A program made the position numbers and the translations under genes. A DNA stretch of 5,068 nt, from assembly GCA_027031765.1 (NCBI GenBank), contig JALVPN010000213.1, positions 18,156 through 23,223 of the forward strand, read 5' to 3'. This DNA is from Promethearchaeota archaeon. GTDB taxonomy: Archaea > Asgardarchaeota > Thorarchaeia > Thorarchaeales > Thorarchaeaceae. Below are positions 1 to 5,068 of this stretch, piece after piece; position 1 is the stretch's first letter, and the number at the start of each line of letters is the position of its first letter. Below the pieces are notes generated by a model. That model saw nothing but the letters and a program-made list of their open reading frames with translations. It was not told where the DNA came from and searched no databases.

Positions 1-2
1 GT

Positions 3-293
3 CTTGAAGTGGGGGCAACTGTCTGGCTCACCCCCGTACTGTCAGACAGCAGCGTTGTCGGACAGGCCATGCGCGATGCGGACAGGTCGTTGATAGTTAT
101 CGGGACGGCCGACCCGTTCTACAATGAAGAGACCCTTGACGCGCTGGAGAGAGAGGCAGGTTGCACGGTGATGCGACTGGAGGGGGCCGACCACAGCCTT
201 CAGACCGACGACGTACTGGACAGCCTGAGGCATCTCGAAACGGTACTGATAGAGACCCGGGACTTCGTTGCTACACGTAGGAGGGTTCATTAG
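3..293 (+). CDS. C-terminal fragment of an alpha/beta-hydrolase fold protein (5'-truncated at window edge)
   Basis: The frame is open from base 3 (LEVGATVWLTPVL...), so the GTG at 9 is not the real start. It contains VWLTP (strand after the nucleophile region), SLIVIGTADPFY (catalytic-acid motif GxxD) and LEGADHSL (catalytic His motif), spaced as in small alpha/beta-hydrolases. TAG stop at 291-293. The nucleophile elbow lies outside the window. Confidence 0.8.
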   Translation, partial: LEVGATVWLTPVLSDSSVVGQAMRDADRSLIVIGTADPFYNEETLDALEREAGCTVMRLEGADHSLQTDDVLDSLRHLETVLIETRDFVATRRRVH

Positions 294-309
294 TCACGGG
301 TGCACTGGT

Positions 310-323
310 GTAAGGTACCTTAC
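310..323. promoter_or_regulatory. Perfect 14-bp palindrome GTAAGGTACCTTAC, candidate operator or hairpin
   Basis: The sequence is its own reverse complement and extends with a 2-nt bulge to 305-326 (CTG...CAG). It lies in the 45-nt intergenic gap, just upstream of the Shine-Dalgarno of the 339 gene. Function is inferred. Confidence 0.35.
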
Positions 324-325
324 CA

Positions 326-332
326 GAGGTGA
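326..332 (+). promoter_or_regulatory. Shine-Dalgarno GAGGTGA
   Basis: Matches the complement of the archaeal 16S 3' end and sits 6 nt before ATG 339. Confidence 0.8.
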
Positions 333-338
333 AGACCA

Positions 339-683
339 ATGGCAAAGACAAAAATGGAAGATACGAGCAAGCTACTGGTGATACTCGGTGGCATTTTGGG
401 GCTGGTCATGGGCATTGTATTCCTCGTGTCAGGCCTGGCGAGTACTCTCAACTGGCTGGCCTTCGGTGCACCGCTGAGCAACATCCCAGTCGTGTCGCCG
501 GTGCTGCTGATTGTCTTCTCAATCGTGGCACTCGCAACAAGTGGAGCTGTTAAGATCAGTGCGCTCAAGATGGAGTACAACTTCGTGGTCCTGCTGATAG
601 TAGGTATTCTGATGTACCTCTTCGGCGGGGGTCTTGGTGGAATCCTGGTCATAGTCGGCGCAATACTGTTGCTGTTCAAGTAA
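339..683 (+). CDS. Small integral membrane protein A (114 aa, ~4 TM helices, Gly-rich), unknown function
   Basis: ATG with a strong SD. Four hydrophobic stretches: LLVILGGILGLVMGIVFLV, VVSPVLLIVFSIVALAT, FVVLLIVGILMYLF and LGGILVIVGAILLLF. Lys residues cluster at the N-terminus, loop 2 and C-terminus. TAA stop at 681-683. Confidence 0.88.
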   Translation: MAKTKMEDTSKLLVILGGILGLVMGIVFLVSGLASTLNWLAFGAPLSNIPVVSPVLLIVFSIVALATSGAVKISALKMEYNFVVLLIVGILMYLFGGGLGGILVIVGAILLLFK

Positions 684-692
684 ACGGGGCAA

Positions 693-720
693 GTGCCCAG
701 TGATGAGGGTTACTGGGCAC
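693..720. terminator. Stem-loop between convergent genes, candidate (bidirectional) terminator or 3' stabilising hairpin
   Basis: GTGCCCAGT (693-701) and ACTGGGCAC (712-720) are a perfect 9-bp inverted repeat with a 10-nt loop, 10 nt after the TAA of the 339-683 gene. A weaker second hairpin TGGGAC/GTCCCA (743-748/767-772) abuts the aminotransferase stop. There is no clear U-tract. Confidence 0.45.
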
Positions 721-773
721 CTGCAACTACTACTGGTCTTTGTGGGACGGGGGAGCAACACATACTGTCCCAT

Positions 774-2120
774 CTACTTGGAGGCGGAAATCGCCCTGTC
801 CAGGCGGTCGACCACCTCGTCGATATCGTCATTGGTTATCACGTAGCTCGGCGTCAACCGGATGCTGTTCTGTCCGGAGCCGAGAATCCAGAGGTGCTCC
901 TTCTGGACGGCTGTCTTGACAATCCGGTCTCTCAGTTTTGGTGCCTTTTCTTTGGAGGTCTTGTCCTTGACGACTTCAACACCCACCATCAGGCCGAGGC
1001 CACGCACATCACCGACAACTTCGTGCCTGTCCTTGAGCTCCTCAAGTCGTTTCAACAGGTAGGCGCCGTGTTCGGCGTTCTTCTTCAGGAAGTCGCCCTC
1101 TTCCATGTGCCTGAGTATCCAGAGGGACAACAGGGAGACTTTTGGCTCGGCAGAAAAGGTCTCAGAGTGTCTTGACCCGCCGGTGAACATGGGTGCGGGG
1201 CCAATTGATGCACCAAGTGGATATCCGCCTCCGAGTGCCTTGCCCATGCTGATATAGTCTGGTACCACGCCATGGTGTTCGACCGCACACCACTTGCCGG
1301 TACGGCCCATGCCTGCCTGCACCTCGTCCGACATGAAGTAGGCACCGACTTCCTTCGACATCTCATACATGCCCTGCACAGCCTTTGCTGGCGGGACAAT
1401 CAGACCACCCTCTCCACACAGCGGCTCCATGACTGTGACCGCAATGTCGTCGCCCTCGACCTGAAGCGCGTACCTCAGTGCCTCGACGCACTCGAGGTTG
1501 CAGTCGTCAACTACCTGACCGTACGGACACCTGTAGCAGTAGGGATAGGGTACACGGATGACATCCACGCCCTGGGGGAACCCAGACTTGTGCTTTGAGT
1601 TCGACGATGTCAGCGCCAGCGCGTAGCCTGTGCGGCCGTGGAATGCGGGACGGAAGGCAACGAACCTGCGGCGTCCGGAGAGGTCCATTGCCGACTTCAT
1701 ACAACCTTCAACAGCACGCCCACCACTCGTTGTGAAGACCACCTGCTTCCGGTGGTCACCAGGAGTTATCTCGGCCAGACGCTCTGCAAGGAGGGTCTGT
1801 GGGATTGCATCGAAGTCCATGCCGGGGAACTCGTGAACAACATCGTTGATAGATGCCTCGAACTCCAAGTAGGGCCTGTACCTGAGCCCGAAAGCGCGGA
1901 CTGCAACACCACCCGTCACATCGAGGTACTCGGTGCCCTCAATATCGTAGATGTGGACGCCATCACCGACCGTGTGGTCAAGGCACCCATAGACATCGCG
2001 GTCCTGTGTTGTCAGAGCGAGTGCTCTTGCTGCTCTTTTTTTCCAGTAGTCATTCTTCATCTCTTTCGCGCTGAGGTCGAACCCCAGGTCTCTCAGAACC
2101 TGAATGTGCTTGTCATCCAT
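774..2120 (-). CDS. Class III PLP-dependent aminotransferase (acetylornithine/ornithine/4-aminobutyrate aminotransferase family), 448 aa
   Basis: Motifs: YLDVTGG, AFHGRT (substrate Arg), EPLCGEGG, SDEVQAGMGRTGKW (PLP Asp/Gln), SMGKALGGG (Schiff-base Lys294, codon 1241-1239), GDVRGLGLMVGVE and NSIRLTP. Start placed at ATG 2120 (MDDKHIQ), preceded by GGTGGT. The ORF-track extension to 2405 overlaps the upstream membrane gene and looks non-coding. The exact substrate cannot be assigned. Confidence 0.95.
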   Translation of the reverse strand: MDDKHIQVLRDLGFDLSAKEMKNDYWKKRAARALALTTQDRDVYGCLDHTVGDGVHIYDIEGTEYLDVTGGVAVRAFGLRYRPYLEFEASINDVVHEFPGMDFDAIPQTLLAERLAEITPGDHRKQVVFTTSGGRAVEGCMKSAMDLSGRRRFVAFRPAFHGRTGYALALTSSNSKHKSGFPQGVDVIRVPYPYCYRCPYGQVVDDCNLECVEALRYALQVEGDDIAVTVMEPLCGEGGLIVPPAKAVQGMYEMSKEVGAYFMSDEVQAGMGRTGKWCAVEHHGVVPDYISMGKALGGGYPLGASIGPAPMFTGGSRHSETFSAEPKVSLLSLWILRHMEEGDFLKKNAEHGAYLLKRLEELKDRHEVVGDVRGLGLMVGVEVVKDKTSKEKAPKLRDRIVKTAVQKEHLWILGSGQNSIRLTPSYVITNDDIDEVVDRLDRAISASK

Positions 2121-2128
2121 AGGAACCA

Positions 2129-2195
2129 CCACGGGCCCACCGCGCAGGAGGCCCCCATATCTAATTTGCGATGAGAGCGGCGCTGGGGCCCGTGG
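2129..2195. repeat. 10-bp perfect inverted repeat CCACGGGCCC / GGGCCCGTGG with 47-nt spacer
   Basis: Arms at 2129-2138 and 2186-2195 are exact reverse complements. They bracket the candidate promoter, and one arm overlaps the putative SD of the aminotransferase. Confidence 0.6.
2157..2170 (-). promoter_or_regulatory. Candidate BRE + TATA promoter for the aminotransferase
   Basis: The minus strand reads CGCAAA-TTAGATAT, the only AT-rich patch in a very GC-rich 101-nt gap. The predicted TSS is ~2135, about 15 nt before ATG 2120. The TATA match is imperfect. Confidence 0.45.
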
Positions 2196-2221
2196 CACAT
2201 GGGACGTGTCCAGCAGGGGCG

Positions 2222-2611
2222 CTACTTGTGGAGTATGAGTAGCAGGCCGGCAAGCAGGATCATGAAACCAGCAAGCAGGCCGATGTTGGTAAACCAGGTG
2301 AGGATGTAGAAGGTCAGGCCCCCTGCTACTATGAACATTGACACGAGGCCGAAGATAGCGAGCAGGAGCCCGCTCTTGGGCACTTTCCAGTCGATGAAAC
2401 CGCACGCATCGAATGACAGGAGCACCATCACAATCAGGACAATGGCGATGACGACATCGACCAGACCGTTGATATCCCCGAGCAGCGTAGTGTTCAGTCC
2501 ATCAGCGAGCATCTGTAGGGCAATGATTCCCAAGATGATACCACCGAGCACAGTGTAGCCCTGGGCTGCACCTTCTGCCTTACAACCCATCTCAATCAAG
2601 TCCTCTAGCAT
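2222..2611 (-). CDS. Small integral membrane protein B (129 aa, ~4 TM helices), unknown function; resembles protein A
   Basis: Hydrophobic segments YTVLGGIILGIIALQML, LVDVVIAIVLIVMVLLSF, GLLLAIFGLVSMFIVAGG and IGLLAGFMILLAGLLLIL. ATG 2611, TAG 2224-2222. The alternative ATG at 2590 cannot be excluded. Confidence 0.85.
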   Translation of the reverse strand: MLEDLIEMGCKAEGAAQGYTVLGGIILGIIALQMLADGLNTTLLGDINGLVDVVIAIVLIVMVLLSFDACGFIDWKVPKSGLLLAIFGLVSMFIVAGGLTFYILTWFTNIGLLAGFMILLAGLLLILHK

Positions 2612-2714
2612 CTTTGTCAGTCAGCCAGTGTGCCCTGTCATGCACCTCGCAGGAACAGGGCCCGGGCATGGAGTGGCAGGGTATGCAAGCGGGGTAAAAT
2701 ACGTTCGCATCCCG

Positions 2715-3677
2715 ATGAGCAACAGTACGCATTACGGGAGTAATACATGTCTTCTTGTTGCCATCAGGCATGAACATCACGCCAGAGAGGTGGCCAACAC
2801 GAGGTACTCGGACTACGATGCGAGGGACACTGCGAGGCCGGTCAGACTGGACAGGACAGAGGGGCACGTCATAATTGAGGGGCGGGCGTACCCGGCGCGG
2901 GAGGTGGTCGAGGCGCTGGCCCAGAGCGGCTACGCCCAGCTGCGCACGGTCGGTGACACACTCGTCCTCGGCCAGAAACGGATATCCCCCATCTTCAAGT
3001 CCCGCCAAGAGAGGGCCATGGCGGCACTGTGCCACGGCAGCCTGGCGTACTGCTGCCCACTGTCGAAGCCGTGTGCAGAGCGTGACCGTGCCCTTGAGAT
3101 CCTCGGTCTGACAGGAGAGGACTACCGACGACTCAAAGACGACTCACACATGAGGTTCATAAACACTGCAAAGGGGCTGCCGACTGCCGACTGGCAGTGT
3201 GACTGGCCACAGGGGTCACGTACCGCCAACAGGCCGGCTGTTGACAGGGGTTTTGGAAGTGATGACTACCGGAGAGACTTCGACGTCCTTGAGCGGACGC
3301 TCAGTAGCACAGCCCCGGCGACTCGTGCCACATCGGATCACCGACAGACCAGACAGGGGCCACCACCGCGGAGTGATGCACGAGTGGCAGCGGGCCCACC
3401 GACCAGTACACACCGTCCGGACGACTGGCGCATGCTGCGTCACCACCAGCCAGACACGACACGACCAGTACAGGCGACGGCTGCGACCGAGACCCCGGGC
3501 TGCAAGACATGTGGGCCGGACTCGTTTGAAGGACTTGGTGCACTGTTCCGGCAGGGGGAGATAAGCCCGTTCAAGTCGAATGTTGACCCTACCGATGCGC
3601 CCCGCTTCTGCCTGTCGTGTGGCAGGACACTGCACCATGACACCCGCCGGTGTCCATACTGTGGTGCGGCTCAGTAG
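2715..3677 (+). CDS. Cys-rich hypothetical protein: methanogenesis marker 9 / COG4008-like metal-binding module, low-complexity linker, C-terminal zinc ribbon
   Basis: LCHGSLAYCCPLSKPCAERDRALEILGLTGEDYRRLK (Cys at 3030 to Lys ending 3137) matches the recalled marker-9 repeat CxGSLxWCCxxxKPCxxRDxALxxxGxxxEEYxxLK. There is an extra CKTC at 3501-3512 and FCLSCG-x9-RCPYCG at the C-terminus (Cys pairs 3609-3662). The start is uncertain (2628 GTG, 2715 ATG or 2790 GTG). TAG stop at 3675-3677. Confidence 0.8.
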   Translation: MSNSTHYGSNTCLLVAIRHEHHAREVANTRYSDYDARDTARPVRLDRTEGHVIIEGRAYPAREVVEALAQSGYAQLRTVGDTLVLGQKRISPIFKSRQERAMAALCHGSLAYCCPLSKPCAERDRALEILGLTGEDYRRLKDDSHMRFINTAKGLPTADWQCDWPQGSRTANRPAVDRGFGSDDYRRDFDVLERTLSSTAPATRATSDHRQTRQGPPPRSDARVAAGPPTSTHRPDDWRMLRHHQPDTTRPVQATAATETPGCKTCGPDSFEGLGALFRQGEISPFKSNVDPTDAPRFCLSCGRTLHHDTRRCPYCGAAQ

Positions 3678-4705
3678 GCGCCGATAGCACTCTCCCGACG
3701 GACGGAATAGTCCTGCGGATAGCTGAAGGTGCCGGCTATCCGGTCGATGCCCGTGTCCTTGGCAAGGTCTTGTAGCTCCCGGAGCTGGTCCATTGTTGTG
3801 ACGCCCCACCTGAACAGCGAGACCGTGCCACCGCGACGCTTGAACTCGTTGACAAAGTACAGGCTCTCGACGAGGTCGTCATACTCCTTTGAGCCACGTG
3901 TCGGGAGGATGGGGCTCCACGGGTAGAGGTTGATCATCAGGCTGCCAGTGATCTGACCGATCACAGAGTAGTCGTACCCGTACTCGTTCTTCGCGCCCTC
4001 GGCAAGTCCACTCTCCGGGTCAATCAACACCTCGACCGTTATCCGGAGGGGAGTTGCACGGCCGGTGGCCTCGTCCGCCTCACGTGCGGCCTCCTGCAAC
4101 CGCCTGATGCCCTCGTGGACGACATCGCTGCGCCACTTGTGCCACGCAGCATGGTAGTCCGGGTTCTCCACTATGTACTGATAGGTCAGCCGGTCAGGCT
4201 CCTGGCCTACGAGTGGGGCGAAGTCCCGCCGGCAGCGCTCGCAGAAACAGAAGTGGTCACGGATGAAACCAGCACCGAGCAGCAGGATCTCGTCGACCGG
4301 ATAGGAGGCGATCTCCTTCACGATTTCCGCGCCGTACTCCCAGAACTCCTCACGGTTAGGGCATATCTGGTGGGTCATCACAACGCCCCTGTCCGTTATG
4401 GTCTGGTACTTCGGGTCGCGGCCGAACCAGCCGTCGGTATAGAAGTCCATGCTGACAGCGGTGTGGATGTCAAGTGAATGGGCGAGGTCTATCAGCTCCT
4501 CGAAGAACTGTACATGTTCCTTGTCCACCGGAGCGGTACGACTCGGGTAGTATGCATGTCCAGATGGCGCCTTGCCCACAATCCCCAACGAGGTCATGTA
4601 CGATGCATATGTTGAGATGAAGTCCTTGGCGCTCATCTCAATATCTGTTGGCCTGAGGAGCATCAGGAACTTGTTTAGGAAGAACTCTCTGAAACTCTGG
4701 CTCAT
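3671..4705 (-). CDS. Glycoside-hydrolase-like TIM-barrel protein (GHL6/GHL10/DUF4015-like) with CFCxxC metal site, 344 aa
   Basis: Ordered motifs GHAYYPS, FFEELIDLAHSLDI, ICPNREEFWEY..EIVKEI, VDEILL, CFCERCRRDF and WHKWRSDVV follow the layout I recall for GHL6/GHL10-type putative hydrolases. Start placed at ATG 4705 because a good promoter lies inside the ORF-track extension (4706-4810). TGA stop at 3673-3671. Confidence 0.75.
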   Translation of the reverse strand: MSQSFREFFLNKFLMLLRPTDIEMSAKDFISTYASYMTSLGIVGKAPSGHAYYPSRTAPVDKEHVQFFEELIDLAHSLDIHTAVSMDFYTDGWFGRDPKYQTITDRGVVMTHQICPNREEFWEYGAEIVKEIASYPVDEILLLGAGFIRDHFCFCERCRRDFAPLVGQEPDRLTYQYIVENPDYHAAWHKWRSDVVHEGIRRLQEAAREADEATGRATPLRITVEVLIDPESGLAEGAKNEYGYDYSVIGQITGSLMINLYPWSPILPTRGSKEYDDLVESLYFVNEFKRRGGTVSLFRWGVTTMDQLRELQDLAKDTGIDRIAGTFSYPQDYSVRRESAIGAY

Positions 4706-4772
4706 CCGACTGACCCTCACTGTTATAGTCCGGTCAAACCGTAGACATCGGTTGGGCTTACACTGGCCTGTG

Positions 4773-4788
4773 CTATAAGGGTTTTCTC
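4773..4788 (-). promoter_or_regulatory. BRE + TATA promoter for the GH-like gene
   Basis: The minus strand reads GAGAAAACCCTTATAG, a purine-rich BRE followed by a TTATA box. The predicted TSS is ~4750, giving a ~45-nt leader that contains GTGAGGG before ATG 4705. Confidence 0.6.
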
Positions 4789-4813
4789 TCCGTATCCCGT
4801 CTGTGGTCACCCA

Positions 4814-5068
4814 TCAGAAGAACTTGTCCAGTGTCATCAGTCCCAGCAGCTCGTCGAACTCGATGCCAATCGAGTCGAGCACCTGTTCAAAGACCGACCG
4901 CAGGGTGTCTATGTACTTGTCCTTGTCAATCCAGTAGTTGCCGTCCCCGGCGAGCTGGACTGGCAGGATACCCCGGTCGTCCTTCACTTTGATGTACTCG
5001 ACAATCGTACCAGCTGGCACTTCGTAGCCCGCAACTTCTAGCATCTCAGCAGCACGTACGTGCTGAGG
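4814..5068 (-). CDS. polB1: C-terminal end of family B DNA polymerase, PolB1 type (5'-truncated at window edge)
   Basis: The frame is open to the window edge: PQHVRAAEML...IVEYIKVKDDRGILPVQLA...IDKDKYIDTLRSVFEQVLDSIGIEFDELLGLMTLDKFF*. PQHVxAA, PVQLA, KY..LRSxFEQ and the terminal LDxFF match the crenarchaeal-type PolB1 thumb/C-terminus as I recall it from Sulfolobus Dpo1. TGA stop at 4816-4814. Confidence 0.93.
   Translation of the reverse strand, partial: PQHVRAAEMLEVAGYEVPAGTIVEYIKVKDDRGILPVQLAGDGNYWIDKDKYIDTLRSVFEQVLDSIGIEFDELLGLMTLDKFF
4817..4840 (-). other. C-terminal PCNA-interacting (PIP-box-like) motif LMTLDKFF
   Basis: Fits x-x-x-L-x-x-F-F at the extreme C-terminus of PolB. The canonical Gln is replaced by Leu. 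Confidence 0.7.

Noticed and set aside
699-773. Box C-like GTGATGA (700-706) suggesting a C/D box sRNA
   Set aside because: No CTGA box D follows within the intergenic region, and the motif is explained as part of the 693-720 hairpin.
519-776. In-frame ORF (MGQYVLL...) starting immediately after the aminotransferase TAG, suggesting pyrrolysine or stop read-through
   Set aside because: The aminotransferase fold is already complete at the TAG. The extension runs through terminator-like hairpins, is antisense to membrane gene A and has no recognisable features.
693-2174. Long plus-strand ORFs 693-1175, 1272-1598 and 1638-2174
   Set aside because: These are antisense shadows of the well-supported aminotransferase, with no motifs.
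2241-2283. Short direct repeats (GCAAGCAGG, AGCAGGCCG) in gene B
   Set aside because: They reflect repeated LLAG/GLL codons in a TM helix and are not a DNA-level repeat element.
2121-2405. 95-aa N-terminal extension of the aminotransferase in the ORF track
   Set aside because: It overlaps gene B in another frame, has Pro/Arg/His-rich non-coding character, and an SD and promoter precede ATG 2120.
2612-2661. Minus-strand in-frame ATG at 2641 (MTGHTG-TGA-LTK-M) upstream of gene B within a GCCCTGT/ACAGGGC hairpin; possible selenocysteine read-through or uORF
   Set aside because: The GAGGTG lies only 1 nt from that ATG, there is no redox-motif context for Sec and no SECIS is evident. A 7-bp stem is unremarkable at this GC content.
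2592-4477. ORFs 2592-3035(-), 3216-3809(-), 3199-3564(+), 2875-3111(+) and 4115-4477(+)
   Set aside because: They overlap better-supported genes in other frames or on the other strand, as expected in GC-rich DNA, and contain no recognisable domains.
4706-4810. 35-aa N-terminal extension of the GH-like ORF
   Set aside because: It contains the BRE/TATA element at 4773-4788, so ATG 4705 is the more plausible start.
1-5068. CRISPR array, tRNA/rRNA, transposase, integrase or defence genes
   Set aside because: No regularly spaced repeats, cloverleaf or rRNA signature, or mobile-element/defence motif was seen by eye. The window is almost fully accounted for by seven CDSs.

Overview
GC-rich (by eye roughly 55-60%) archaeal chromosomal window. 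It is probably from an Asgard or TACK lineage; Thorarchaeota-like is a guess from the PolB1-type C-terminus, GAGGTGA Shine-Dalgarno, BRE/TATA promoters and small 4-TM proteins. Gene order: 5'-truncated alpha/beta-hydrolase (+, ends 293); small 4-TM membrane protein A (+, 339-683); class III PLP-dependent omega-aminotransferase (-, 774-2120); small 4-TM membrane protein B, an apparent paralog of A (-, 2222-2611); Cys-rich protein with one methanogenesis-marker-9/COG4008-like YCCxxxKPC module, a disordered linker and a C-terminal zinc ribbon (+, ~2715/2790-3677); glycoside-hydrolase-like TIM-barrel protein with a CFCxxC site (-, 3671-4705); and the C-terminal end of a family B1 DNA polymerase (-, 4814->5068). 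No rRNA, tRNA, CRISPR array or mobile element is visible. I cannot demonstrate a new multi-gene system from the sequence alone. The best leads are the half marker-9 metal-binding protein, the aminotransferase with non-canonical cofactor-site motifs flanked by two paralogous membrane proteins, and a possibly catalytically altered GH-like protein next to polB1. Family assignments come from motif recall, not database searches.
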